DNA from: Polyangiaceae bacterium
GTDB taxonomy: Bacteria; Myxococcota_A; Polyangia; Polyangiales; Polyangiaceae
Direction: 5' to 3'
Assembly: GCA_025936115.1 (NCBI GenBank)
Contig: JAICTZ010000038.1
Location: forward strand, 1,975 to 65,974
Length of the DNA: 64,000 nt
Shown here: positions 43,229 through 52,997 of the stretch, piece after piece
Layout of the letters: each line of letters opens with the position of its first letter
How positions within the stretch are numbered: the stretch's first letter is position 1
Notes under the pieces: model-generated
The model's input: only the letters and a program-made list of their open reading frames with translations
What the model was told of the DNA's origin: nothing
Database searches by the model: none
Program-made: the position numbers and the translations under genes

Positions 43229-44890
43229 ATGGAGCCAGTAGCGTTCAAGGCGATCCTCACCGGCAGCAAGCGGGTGCTCGTCCTGCTTTACGCGCTCGTG
43301 CTCCTAGGCTTCCTCTTACCGAGGCTCGGCGTCGAGCCTTACGACGACTCGTACTTTTTCAAGCGCGTTGCCGTCAACCTGCTCGACCACGCCAAGCTCG
43401 CCTGGAACCTCGATGAAGGGCCCGTCTACGGCCTCACGTCACAGACCTTTCAGCTGGTGAGCCTCGCTACCGCGGCGCTCGCCCGCGACCACTTCGTCCT
43501 CGGCGTGCGGCTCGTGCTCGCGCTCTGCCTGGTCGCCGCGTGCGGCGGTCTCGTGTCACTCACGAGAGCGTGGGACCGCGGGAGTAGCGCCGTCTACCTC
43601 TCGTGCTCGCCCGTGGTGCTTTACATGGCGCTCTCGGGTATGGAGACGGCGTTCGCGCTCGCGGTGCTCACGGCGTACCTCTGGCTCGTGTACGCGAACG
43701 ACGCGAGGCAGCGAGCTTTCTGGGTCGCGCCGGCCGTCGCGATCTTCGCGTGCCTCACGCGCCCCGACGTCGTCGTGCTCGTTCTGCCGCCATTGCTCTT
43801 CGAGCGTTACCGCGTGTCGCATCGTTGGCCTTGGCGCGAAGCGGCCGTACTCGGCGGTGGCCTGGTGCTGGTGTTTTCGCTCTTGCGGCTGGCGTACGGC
43901 ACCTGGCTGCCCTTGCCGTTCTACGCCAAGACGAGCTTCCTTTCGCCCTATGACGCGCACTTTCTCGCCGTGTCGAAGCCAGTGCAGCACCTGAGGTTCG
44001 GGCTGTGCGTCGCGGTTGCGCTGCCGCTCCTTCTGCTCGCCCTGGGTCGGCTCGACGCGACCAACGGCGTCCTGCTCGCGAGCGTGCTCGTCTACGAGAG
44101 TTATCTTTTCGTGACGACGGTAGACGTCATGGGCATGCAGGGGCGTTTCTATGCGCCCGCGCTGCCGCTGCTCGTCGTCGCGGCGGCGCGCGGAGCCGCC
44201 CGAGCGCACGCGGCGCTGGAGCGGCCCGCCGTCGCGCTCTCGGCGTGTGCGCTCTACCTCGGATTCTTGTTGGCGCTTGGCCATGCTCATTGGCTGCCGC
44301 GCGCCAATGATTGGTGGATGGACACGGTTGACCCTTGGTGGTTCGGGACGACCGTGGCGGGCGGCGTCGTCCTCCTCATGTCGCGGCCGTGGCGCTCGAC
44401 GCGGGAGCTTGCCCCGTTCATGGTCGTGCTCGCGAGCGGCGTTGCTTCATTCGGCACGCCCCTGGAAAGTGGAGCTCAGGCCCTCGACGACGACGCTTAC
44501 CTCGTGCGACACGCGGCGCACGTCACGACCTATCGTGGCATGGACGCGCTGCGCCACTGCGTCGGTAGCGACATTCACGTCTATCACAGCGAGGTCGGCG
44601 TTACGGGGCTGCGCTTTCAAGCCGGTAAGGTGACCGATTTGGCCGGCCTCTGGAGTCCACGCTGGGTCTTTCGCCGACCTGGATCCTTCGACGAATTCTG
44701 CAACGCAGAGCGTCCCGAGGCCATCTTCTTACCGCACAAGAACTACCAGCGGCTCAATCAGGAAATCCTCGCCGGTACTTGCATTCGCGACTATCGACGC
44801 GTCGTCGCGCAGTCGAGCTGCCCGCTCTACGTGCGGGCGGATCTCGTGAGCCGATACCTGAGCTGCCCCGAGGCGAACGAGTGGCGTTGA
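43229..44890 (+). CDS. GT-C-type polytopic membrane protein (putative glycosyltransferase)
   Basis: 553 aa with about 12 TM segments. It has an N-terminal EPYDDSYFFKR acidic loop after TM1, as in GT-C enzymes, and a soluble C-terminal ~130 aa. Confidence 0.6.
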   Translation: MEPVAFKAILTGSKRVLVLLYALVLLGFLLPRLGVEPYDDSYFFKRVAVNLLDHAKLAWNLDEGPVYGLTSQTFQLVSLATAALARDHFVLGVRLVLALCLVAACGGLVSLTRAWDRGSSAVYLSCSPVVLYMALSGMETAFALAVLTAYLWLVYANDARQRAFWVAPAVAIFACLTRPDVVVLVLPPLLFERYRVSHRWPWREAAVLGGGLVLVFSLLRLAYGTWLPLPFYAKTSFLSPYDAHFLAVSKPVQHLRFGLCVAVALPLLLLALGRLDATNGVLLASVLVYESYLFVTTVDVMGMQGRFYAPALPLLVVAAARGAARAHAALERPAVALSACALYLGFLLALGHAHWLPRANDWWMDTVDPWWFGTTVAGGVVLLMSRPWRSTRELAPFMVVLASGVASFGTPLESGAQALDDDAYLVRHAAHVTTYRGMDALRHCVGSDIHVYHSEVGVTGLRFQAGKVTDLAGLWSPRWVFRRPGSFDEFCNAERPEAIFLPHKNYQRLNQEILAGTCIRDYRRVVAQSSCPLYVRADLVSRYLSCPEANEWR

Positions 44891-44920
44891 GTCTCGGTTC
44901 GCCTCTTCGAGCTAGCGTCG

Positions 44921-45769
44921 CTATTGGGCAGTGACGAGAGCCGTCGTGAAGTCGATGCGGCCGGAGCCGCCGCCAGCCTCGACGAGAACCTTGGCTTCTT
45001 CCATCTTGCCGAGGCTCATGCCCATGCCTTTCCAGGCGTCGAAGTGCTTGGTGAGCGAGATGTGCCCACAGGTGCGGACCGCCTGCCGGACGCTGATGAA
45101 CTGGTCGAACGTGGTCGTGCCCTGAATCGAAGGCTGGTTCACCTGCTGGTGGACATAGACGTCGTACGTGCCTTCGCCGTCGATGGTGAACGTGCCTTTC
45201 TTGGTTCCGCTGCCGCTGAGCCGGCCATACGAGTCTTCCACCACGTAGAATTCCACAATCGGGCTTACGGACCAGCCATAGACGCCGATTGACGAGTAGC
45301 CGCCGCCGCTTCCGGACTTGGTCTCCGCGAAGTCGACACCGATTGTGCCGAACTGGTCGTAAGTCTTATTCGAGCCCATTGCCAGGCCGACGCGCGCCAG
45401 GAAATCTCCCGAGTTGTTCCAGGTAGCGCTGAATGCTGCATCCGAACCGTACGTGATGAGGCATCCGCCACCTCCGCTCGACCAGATGGTCCACTGCTGA
45501 CTGCCCACGGTGCCCGACTGATTCGACGAACAGTGAGAAGTGCCACCGCTCGGGACCATGGCAGAGGCGCACGCGTTGACAGCACCAGCGCTCCCGCCGC
45601 TGCGCCCGGCAGCGCCGCCTGCGCCCGTCCCGCCAGCCTTTCCACCAGAACCTGGCGTGCCCCCACGTCCGCTGCCGCTGCTGCCGCCGCGTCCGCTGCC
45701 AGCCGTGGCGCCACGGCCACCATTGGGTGGCGTCATGCCACCGGATCCGGACACGCCCCCTCGACTCAT
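44921..45769 (-). CDS. GH11 endo-1,4-beta-xylanase with Gly-rich N-terminal region
   Basis: YGWSVSPIVEFYVVEDSYG, TYDVYVHQQVNQPSIQGTTTFDQFISVRQ and HFDAWKGMGMSLG are GH11 jelly-roll signatures, including the catalytic Glu contexts. No hydrophobic signal peptide follows either candidate start (45769 or 45868). Confidence 0.8.
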   Translation of the reverse strand: MSRGGVSGSGGMTPPNGGRGATAGSGRGGSSGSGRGGTPGSGGKAGGTGAGGAAGRSGGSAGAVNACASAMVPSGGTSHCSSNQSGTVGSQQWTIWSSGGGGCLITYGSDAAFSATWNNSGDFLARVGLAMGSNKTYDQFGTIGVDFAETKSGSGGGYSSIGVYGWSVSPIVEFYVVEDSYGRLSGSGTKKGTFTIDGEGTYDVYVHQQVNQPSIQGTTTFDQFISVRQAVRTCGHISLTKHFDAWKGMGMSLGKMEEAKVLVEAGGGSGRIDFTTALVTAQ

Positions 45770-45910
45770 ACTGTGAGTGAAGTCTTCCACTCGTGCTGCT
45801 GAGATCGCGTGCGAGCTGTCGAACGAAGCTGTCCGTTTACTGCGGAAGGAAGCCCGGGCTGTTCGCATTCGTGCTTCAATGTCGGCTTGTTCAGCTCCAC
45901 GCGTTGTCGT

Positions 45911-48055
45911 GTGCCGGGTGCGGAGATTGTCGGCGCGAAAATCAAGTGGGGCCTGGTGTTCGCGGCGGCGGCCGCACTCGCTTGCTCCTCACTCCCGAGC
46001 GAACATCCGGGTGCTCTCGACGGATCGGGCGCAACTGCCGGCACGATCGCCTCGGGGGGCAGCGGCGCCGAGGCCAATGGCGGCTCCGATGCGAGCGGTG
46101 GTGCGAGCGCAAATGGAGGCTCCGGCGGGAGCGGGATCATCAGCCTAGGCGGTAGTGGAGGCTCCGGCGGTGCGGGCACGGGCGGCACTGCGGGCGACGA
46201 CGACGTTTATTGCGGAGACGGTCTCGTCAATCGCGCGGGCGAGGTGTGCGACGACGGCAACGCCGAGTCCGGTGACGGCTGCACGGCGACGTGTCAGATC
46301 GAGGCCAACTACGCGTGTCCGACGCCGGGGATGCCCTGTGTGAGCACGGTGCGGTGTGGCGACGGTCGCGTCGACGGTACTGAGACCTGCGACGACACGA
46401 CCCACACGCCCGCTTCAGGGGACGGCTGCGATTCGAACTGCCGACTCGAGCCGGGATACGTGTGCCCCGTCCCCGGTGCTGCTTGCCGTCCGATCTGCGG
46501 CGATGGAATGGTTCTCGGGCGCGAAGAGTGCGATGACGGCAACACGACGCCCGGCGACGCGTGCGACGAGAACTGCGCGCTCGAGCCCGGCTGGGTGTGT
46601 TTGCCGGGGGAGCCTTGCCGCATGACCGTCTGCGGCGACGGCGCCGTCGAAGGTTCCGAGCAATGCGACGACGGCAACACGCACCCCTATGACGGCTGCG
46701 CTCCGGACTGCACGAAGGAGCCGACGTGCGGCAGCGCCTCGAGCCCCGTGGGGCAGTGCGCTTCGACTTGCGGCGACGGCATCCTGCTCGCATCGGACGG
46801 CGAGGAGTGCGACGACGGCAACATGGTCGCGGGCGACGGGTGCGGCGCCGACTGCAAGCTCGAGCCCGGCTATCAGTGCTCGACGGTCGTCGACAATCCT
46901 CCGGACTTCGTCGACCTGCCGATCGTCATTCGCGACTTCAAGAACGGTAAGAAGGGGGACGCGACGGTCGGCCACCCCGACTTCGCGACGTTCTGCTGCG
47001 GCGAGCCCGAGGGGATCGTTCAAGCGCTACTCGGGGCCGACCGCAAGCCCGTCTACGGCGGTACGGACGCCGACCCGATTGCGACGACGAGCGGCAAAAC
47101 GAACTTCGACCAATGGTACCGCGATGTCGACGGCGTCAATATGCGCTTCGATCAGAGCATCCGCTTGCTCCGCACGACGAGCGGCGCTTACTCGATGAAC
47201 AGCGCGACCGATGCGCCCTGGGCGATGCTCACGAGTCCGCCGGGGTTTTTTCCCATCGACGACATGGGCTTCGGCAACGAGTACCTCAATCACAATTACT
47301 CCTTCACGAGCGAGCTTCGCTATTGGTTCGAGTTCAAGGGCAACGAGACTCTGAACTTCAGTGGCGATGACGACGTCTTCGTGTTCCTCAACGGCCAGCT
47401 CGCCGTCGATCTCGGCGGCGTCCACCAGCGTGAGTACGGCACGATCGCTCTCGATCCCATGGGCCACGGACAGGGTTGCACCGGCCAAAATTGCACGCCG
47501 GCGGGAGACATCGACTTCGCGATGCAGGTCGGCAACATCTACGAAGCCGTCGTGTTTCAGGCGGAACGAAATCCGAGCGACTCGAACTACTGGCTCACGC
47601 TGACGAACTTCCTCTCGGGCAAGAGCCAATGCACTCCGGTCTGCGGCGACGGCGTCGTCACGGCGGACGAGGCGTGCGACCTGGGCACCGCCGAAAATAC
47701 GGGTGGGGAAGGTGGCTGCAATCCGGACTGCACGCTCGCCGCCTACTGCGGTGACGGTCACGTCGATCCGCAGGAAGATTGCGACGACGGTTCGAACACG
47801 AGCCTGTACGGTGGCTGTGCGCCCGGCTGTGTGGTCGGGCCGACCTGCGGCGACGGAACCGTGCAAGCGCCGTTCGAGGAGTGCGACGACGGCGAGAACC
47901 CCGGCGGGTACGGCAAGTGCGACCCCGATTGCCACTACGGGCCGCGTTGCGGCGACGGCATCACCGACAACGACTTCGAGGAATGCGACGACGGCGCCGA
48001 CAACGGCAAGGACGGCCTCTGCCGCGGTGACTGCACGATGCAAGGCGTGCGCTGA
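45911..48055 (+). CDS. Lipoprotein with Myxococcus cysteine-rich repeats flanking a fibro-slime (PA14-like) domain
   Basis: Lipobox ALAC. Five CGDGxxxxxExCDDGNxxxGDGC repeats are followed by PDFVDLPIVIRDF...GHPDF...FFPID...DDDVFVFLNGQLAVDLGG (fibro-slime). Four more repeats follow. The start is approximate (GTG at 45911). Confidence 0.85.
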   Translation: MPGAEIVGAKIKWGLVFAAAAALACSSLPSEHPGALDGSGATAGTIASGGSGAEANGGSDASGGASANGGSGGSGIISLGGSGGSGGAGTGGTAGDDDVYCGDGLVNRAGEVCDDGNAESGDGCTATCQIEANYACPTPGMPCVSTVRCGDGRVDGTETCDDTTHTPASGDGCDSNCRLEPGYVCPVPGAACRPICGDGMVLGREECDDGNTTPGDACDENCALEPGWVCLPGEPCRMTVCGDGAVEGSEQCDDGNTHPYDGCAPDCTKEPTCGSASSPVGQCASTCGDGILLASDGEECDDGNMVAGDGCGADCKLEPGYQCSTVVDNPPDFVDLPIVIRDFKNGKKGDATVGHPDFATFCCGEPEGIVQALLGADRKPVYGGTDADPIATTSGKTNFDQWYRDVDGVNMRFDQSIRLLRTTSGAYSMNSATDAPWAMLTSPPGFFPIDDMGFGNEYLNHNYSFTSELRYWFEFKGNETLNFSGDDDVFVFLNGQLAVDLGGVHQREYGTIALDPMGHGQGCTGQNCTPAGDIDFAMQVGNIYEAVVFQAERNPSDSNYWLTLTNFLSGKSQCTPVCGDGVVTADEACDLGTAENTGGEGGCNPDCTLAAYCGDGHVDPQEDCDDGSNTSLYGGCAPGCVVGPTCGDGTVQAPFEECDDGENPGGYGKCDPDCHYGPRCGDGITDNDFEECDDGADNGKDGLCRGDCTMQGVR

Positions 48056-48075
48056 CGAGCAGGTAGTTCCCGTCC

Positions 48076-49953
48076 TCAGAACGTCCAGCGGTGCCCACGG
48101 TACGAATAGACGTACCAACGGCTCGGGTCGGCAAAACTCAGGTCGAGCGCTGCGTCGAACACGAGCGTGTCGAAGGAGACGGTTCCGTCGTCAGCGACGT
48201 GCGTCGCGAACTCCTTGGCCACGGCTGGATTACTCGCGCTGCCGCCGGGTTGGATGAAGACGTTGCCCGTCGCGGGGAGCTCGTAAGCGTTGGACACGAA
48301 ATACGACGACTCCCGCTTCGTGAGCACGAGCTCACCCAGCTGTCGAACAGTGAGCGCGGCCTCGTCGACCCGATAAACGACGGCGCGCGAGTAGCTCGCG
48401 TACGTGGGCCCGAAGTGCCGGCTGCAGCCGTTATCGAAGAGGAGTAGATCGCCGCTCGGAAGCAGCGTCGGCGAGTGCTGGCCAAAAGGCCAATCGAATT
48501 CCGGTGCATTGGGGTCGCCGGCAGCCGCGTCCCCGAGCTGCACCGAGTCGTCGTACGGTGTCCCGGTCGCATCCACCGCCGTCAGCAGCTTCTCGGACTG
48601 GGGAGCATTCCAGCCTTTGTGCGGTGCCAAGAGCCAGACCAGGCTCCCGTCGCGACGGATCTTCGCGACGCCTTGGTGCCGGCCCGACACGATGATCGAT
48701 TCGTCGACTGCCGAGTAGGCGAGGCCGTTGTCGTGAAGCCAGTCACCCGCGCCCGGAGCCCACGCCTCGGGATCGACGAAGGTCGTGCGCGTCGGATCGA
48801 ACACCCCTGCCAAATCCCATTCATTTTCGAGCGTGCCGGTCTCGGAGTCGAGCTCGAGGATGCGATCCTGGACCGTGGACGCACCGTTCTTCGACGCCAG
48901 CACGAGCAGGTTGCCGAAATGTGGGCTCGCCGTCCCGTCCGCGACCCCCTCGCAGGTATCTTTGCTGCCGATCTGCAAGATCTCGTGGTTTAGCGTGTGG
49001 TCCGGCACCTTGAAGCTTTTCGTGATGCGGCCGAGCTTGGTGACCTCGATCAGCGTGTCGAGGGAGCCGGTCAGAAAATTGTCGTTGATGGAACGCCTCA
49101 GCGTGAACGTCTCGCCCTTCGGGAGCTCGTCGAAGCGGAGAGCCCAACGGATCGCGCCGCGTTCATCGAACGCGATCGAGCGGGTCCACTCGACGAACAC
49201 GACCGGTGGGCTCGGAAGGGTTTCGATGTTGATCTCCGCGACTGTCCAACCCGGCTCCATCTGCTCGGGTAGTGCGGTGTTGATCGTAATACGGGGCACC
49301 CAGGCCTCCTCGTCGGGGTTCGAGAGAGGAGTCTCGATCGACAGCGCGAGATCCAGTGGATCGTGCTCGCTGCGAGCGAGGCGGACTCGCACGGCGTTCT
49401 GGCGATCGGCGTACAAGCCGAAGACGGGCACGTGGTAACCCGCCTCGGGAAAGCTGAGATCCGAGGTGTCCAGGTTGTTCACGAGCTCCGTGTCAGTCGG
49501 CGCGTAAGTCTTCACGAAGTCCGACGCACCGTCCTGCCCCGTCACCACCACCTCGACGCTCTTCACGTCGGTCGCTTCGATGCCGCGCAAGTTGACGACC
49601 GCGACGAGGGGGCTCGTGGCGTAAGGATTGACCACGACGTCGTAACTGGTTCCGTCCGCGGCCACGCCGTTAGCGGCGCCCGCTCGCCCGCCAGCATTGC
49701 CGGCCGCCGCGACGCCGGCTGCCATGCCGGCACTATTTGCGGCGCCGCCGCTGCCCGCGCTCCCGCCGCTGCCCGCGCTCCCGCCGCTGCCCGCGCTCCC
49801 GCCGCTGCCCGCCGCGCCCGTGGCCCCACCCGCGGCCGTCCCACACGCGAGCGCCGCCAAGGCAGCTGCCAGTAGCGCCGAGCCCGCCAACGGAAAGGAG
49901 GTGACACGCCGCGCTCCGCTCCAATCGCCCCTACCCAGATCCGGATTCACCAT
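48076..49953 (-). CDS. Arylsulfotransferase (ASST) family beta-propeller lipoprotein
   Basis: Lipobox LAALAC and a G/S/A linker. It has WLHDNGLAYSAVDESIIVSGRHQGVAKI and FGQHSPTLLPSGDLLLFDNG motifs. It is a paralogue-like relative of 24740..26536. Confidence 0.8.
   Translation of the reverse strand: MVNPDLGRGDWSGARRVTSFPLAGSALLAAALAALACGTAAGGATGAAGSGGSAGSGGSAGSGGSAGSGGAANSAGMAAGVAAAGNAGGRAGAANGVAADGTSYDVVVNPYATSPLVAVVNLRGIEATDVKSVEVVVTGQDGASDFVKTYAPTDTELVNNLDTSDLSFPEAGYHVPVFGLYADRQNAVRVRLARSEHDPLDLALSIETPLSNPDEEAWVPRITINTALPEQMEPGWTVAEINIETLPSPPVVFVEWTRSIAFDERGAIRWALRFDELPKGETFTLRRSINDNFLTGSLDTLIEVTKLGRITKSFKVPDHTLNHEILQIGSKDTCEGVADGTASPHFGNLLVLASKNGASTVQDRILELDSETGTLENEWDLAGVFDPTRTTFVDPEAWAPGAGDWLHDNGLAYSAVDESIIVSGRHQGVAKIRRDGSLVWLLAPHKGWNAPQSEKLLTAVDATGTPYDDSVQLGDAAAGDPNAPEFDWPFGQHSPTLLPSGDLLLFDNGCSRHFGPTYASYSRAVVYRVDEAALTVRQLGELVLTKRESSYFVSNAYELPATGNVFIQPGGSASNPAVAKEFATHVADDGTVSFDTLVFDAALDLSFADPSRWYVYSYRGHRWTF
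49747..49813 (-). repeat. 18-bp in-frame tandem repeat (3.7 copies) encoding (GSGGSA)n in the ASST linker
   Basis: gccgctgcccgcgctccc at 49747, 49765 and 49783, plus a partial copy from 49801. Confidence 0.85.
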
Positions 49954-50163
49954 GGATCATTCCCGGCAAGGCGTTCCCTGCACCTGGCGTCGTCCCGTTT
50001 CTCTGAAAAACGAGCGCGGACGTCAGGCTGCCGAACGGCCGGCGCACGACTTTGAAGTCGCGCTCCGCCACCTCGGTTTGCAGGGAATTGGTCACACGTC
50101 CGCCAATCACGGAGCGCTTTGGACTGCGCGCCATGGCACGCCCCATGCAGCCGCCTCGACGAC

Positions 50164-51111
50164 ATGGACTTCAAGATCTTCGACAGGTCCTCGCTCGCCC
50201 TGGCGCTCGGCGCCGTCCGCGCGGTGGAGCCGAACCCATCGCGCGAGCAAGACGCACTACTCGTCGCGGTGGCTCGCTTCCACGGCGTGGACCTGTATCC
50301 GCGGCTCCTCCCGAAGACGGGCGTCCTCGGCGTCAATCGCGTCTTGCGCGACGCGCGGTGCCGCCGGCGCGTGCTCGAGCTGGCCGTCGCGCTGTCGGCA
50401 AGCGACGGCGAAGTGCGGCCGCGCGCGGCCGCGAACCTCGCGCTCCTTGCACGAACGTTGGACCAGACTGATCGGCATGTCAGGGAGCTCCGAGACCTCG
50501 CCAATCACTACTACCTGCGTGCGCGCATCGATTTCACGCGCCGCATGGCCGCGCGCGTCGTGAGCGATGCCTGGCCGAGGGAGCAAGAGCGGGGGATGCT
50601 GGAAATGCTCAGCCGCGCCCTGCAGGTTCGCATCGATTCGACGCTGGCGGCGCGCTACCACGCGCTTGCAGCGCTGCACCCGGCAAGCTTCGGCCATGCG
50701 CTCTGGGATCATTTCCGGCGAAACGCCTTCCGCTTTCCCGGCGAAGGTGGCGGCGTTCCGGAGCGGCTCCTGTTCCACGACGTGGGCCATGTCCTGTCGG
50801 GCTACTCGACCGATTCGGAAGGCGAGCTCGAGCTTTCGGCGTTCCAAACCGGCTGCATCCGTGACGGCGATTTCATGCCGCTCTACCTCGGGATCTTGCA
50901 GTTCCACGTCGCCGTGCGCGCACGGCCCGCGGCGAACGACCTACCGACGTGTGTAGACTTCGAAAAGGTCGCCAGGGCACTTGCACGGGGCGCGTCGTGC
51001 CGCATCGATCCCACGGAGGCTTGGGACTTCTGGGGTCGCTTGCCGCAGCCGCTCGACGACGTGCGGCGCTCGCTCGGGATTGCTCCGCTCGCCCACTCGG
51101 TCGCCGCGTAA
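50164..51111 (+). CDS. Coq4-like (HDxxH-x11-E motif) protein
   Basis: FHDVGHVLSGYSTDSEGELE fits the Coq4 family zinc-ligand motif. The N-terminal ~150 aa are helical and unassigned. The start is uncertain (50119 or 50164). Confidence 0.5.
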   Translation: MDFKIFDRSSLALALGAVRAVEPNPSREQDALLVAVARFHGVDLYPRLLPKTGVLGVNRVLRDARCRRRVLELAVALSASDGEVRPRAAANLALLARTLDQTDRHVRELRDLANHYYLRARIDFTRRMAARVVSDAWPREQERGMLEMLSRALQVRIDSTLAARYHALAALHPASFGHALWDHFRRNAFRFPGEGGGVPERLLFHDVGHVLSGYSTDSEGELELSAFQTGCIRDGDFMPLYLGILQFHVAVRARPAANDLPTCVDFEKVARALARGASCRIDPTEAWDFWGRLPQPLDDVRRSLGIAPLAHSVAA

Positions 51112-51151
51112 GGATAGAATGGGAGCTCGAGCGCGTGCTCGAGTCACTCGC

Positions 51152-51670
51152 TCACGGTAAGCGGCCGATGGCCTTGTTCGTGAGCGATACGAGCACACCC
51201 TTCGAGGGCGCGGGATCGAGGAGCGCGCTGAACGACACGAGGTAGCCTTTGGCTTTCGCCGTCACACCCGCCTCGACGCTGTCGCCCCAGTAAGTCGCTT
51301 CGTCGCCGACGCCGGAGACGTCCATCTTCGTCCCGCCGGCTCCCGCCGAGTCGAAAGCGAGCTTCAGCAGATTGCTGCCGTCATCGTTGAACGCGCCGCT
51401 CACGGACAAACGCACGCTGTGAAGATGGTCTTGCGCCGAGTAGTCGCAACCGCGAGCCCAAAACTCGGCAGTCGTCTCTTCGCCGCCCTCCTGGCCGCCG
51501 TCGTGGTCAGGGAGGATCGTCGCGACCTCGGCTCCTGTGAGCAACGAACAGACGTGCACGATCGGCTGCTTCGAGGGAAATTCGTCGCTGCAGCCGCTGA
51601 CCCCGAACGCGACCATGACCGTGATCCCCAAAGCCTCGTGGCGTCCCGTCAGCCACCCTTTCGAGTACAT
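51152..51670 (-). CDS. Lipoprotein, unknown function
   Basis: Lipobox GVSGC, 172 aa. Confidence 0.6.
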   Translation of the reverse strand: MYSKGWLTGRHEALGITVMVAFGVSGCSDEFPSKQPIVHVCSLLTGAEVATILPDHDGGQEGGEETTAEFWARGCDYSAQDHLHSVRLSVSGAFNDDGSNLLKLAFDSAGAGGTKMDVSGVGDEATYWGDSVEAGVTAKAKGYLVSFSALLDPAPSKGVLVSLTNKAIGRLP

Positions 51671-51805
51671 CCACGCAGCTTACCGCAACACCGCGGCGCG
51701 CGCTGCGTAGCTGGTTCTGCCTTCCCCAATCCGAAGCGCGAGGTTTCGCGGAGTCGCAACCGCAGGCCGAGCGGCGTATGCTGACCGGCAACGGAGTCAC
51801 AGCAG

Positions 51806-52519
51806 ATGGTGGCCGTCGTTCCCAATCCCAGGAAGATCAAGAGCTTTCGTGACGAGGCAGCGTTCGAAAAGTGGCTGGCTGAAAACCACGCACGCGAAAC
51901 GGAAATTTGGGTGCGCATCTTCAAGAAAGACTCGGGTTTCGCGAGTGTGACGCACGCCCAGGCGGTCGACGTGGCGCTCTGTTGGGGGTGGATAGACGCC
52001 ATCCGCAAGCCGCTCGACGCTGCCGCTTTCTTGCAGCGCTTCACGCCGCGCAAGAAGAAGAGCATTTGGAGTCACATCAACCGCGAGCACGTTGCGCGAC
52101 TCACGGCCGCCGGCCGCATGGCTCCTCCCGGGCAGCGTGCCGTCGACGCCGCCAAGGCAGACGGCCGCTGGGAGGCAGCCTACGCGCCCATGCGCAACGC
52201 GAGCGCCGAGAGCTTCCCCGCCGATCTGCGCGCCGCAATCGACGCGAACCCGCGCGCGCTCAAAACATTGGGCACACTGGACCGGCAGAACCTGTTCTCG
52301 CTCATCTTCCGCACGAACAACATGAAGACTGCGGCCGGTCGCGCGAAGAAGATCGCGGCTCTCGTCGCGACGCTCGCGAGCGGCAAACCCATCGTGCCGC
52401 CGCGTCCCTCGACACGGAAAGCAGCTTCGGCCGGCACTAAAGCGGCCGCGCGCGTACGGGGGGCAGCGCGCGCACAGCGGCCGTCCCCGAAGCGCGCGAA
52501 GCGGCGCGTGACGCGATAG
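51806..52519 (+). CDS. YdeI/OmpD-associated family protein
   Basis: FRDEAAFEKWLAENH...EIWVRIFKK...ALCWGWID...FTPRKKKSIWSHIN is the typical YdeI pattern. It has a Lys/Arg/Ala-rich tail. Confidence 0.78.
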   Translation: MVAVVPNPRKIKSFRDEAAFEKWLAENHARETEIWVRIFKKDSGFASVTHAQAVDVALCWGWIDAIRKPLDAAAFLQRFTPRKKKSIWSHINREHVARLTAAGRMAPPGQRAVDAAKADGRWEAAYAPMRNASAESFPADLRAAIDANPRALKTLGTLDRQNLFSLIFRTNNMKTAAGRAKKIAALVATLASGKPIVPPRPSTRKAASAGTKAAARVRGAARAQRPSPKRAKRRVTR

Positions 52520-52562
52520 TGAGGCGATCCTTCGGCGACGGCGGATCAGTGCCGTGGTGAGC

Positions 52563-52721
52563 TCAGCGCACCGCTTCGAAAATCTTCCAGCCGAGCGCCG
52601 CCGCGAGCCCGACCGCGCCGACCAGCGTGATTGCGCACGCGCCGAGAATGCCGAGGATAATGAGCAAGAGCTTGGTGCCGGTGAGCTTGGATGGCGTTGC
52701 CGCGTCATTCGATTGGCTCAT
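52563..52721 (-). CDS. Small single-pass membrane protein (below the ORF-track cutoff)
   Basis: My own translation gives MSQSNDAATPSKLTGTKLLLIILGILGACAITLVGAVGLAAALGWKIFEAVR. GC3 is high by eye. Confidence 0.4.
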   Translation of the reverse strand: MSQSNDAATPSKLTGTKLLLIILGILGACAITLVGAVGLAAALGWKIFEAVR

Positions 52722-52997
52722 GCGCTAATGATAGCGCCTCTGGCGCGCGCAAACTGGAGCTTCGGACGGGGTCTGCCGCTCGCGGGAACGTGCCAGAGCA
52801 CGTCCTCAGCCGCCGCCTAGCGGGCCGCGAGGCCGCGTCGCGGAGGAGTTGGCGCCGTTGCACCAAGTGCTGCACACGAACCGGACCGTAAAGCGTCTGC
52901 CGCCCCGTTGAACGAAACGCCGCCGTCCGGGAACTCACTCTGCGGCCACGATCGCGGGTCGTCGTTCTACGCCCGGCCCGCCGGAGGGAGTTCATCC

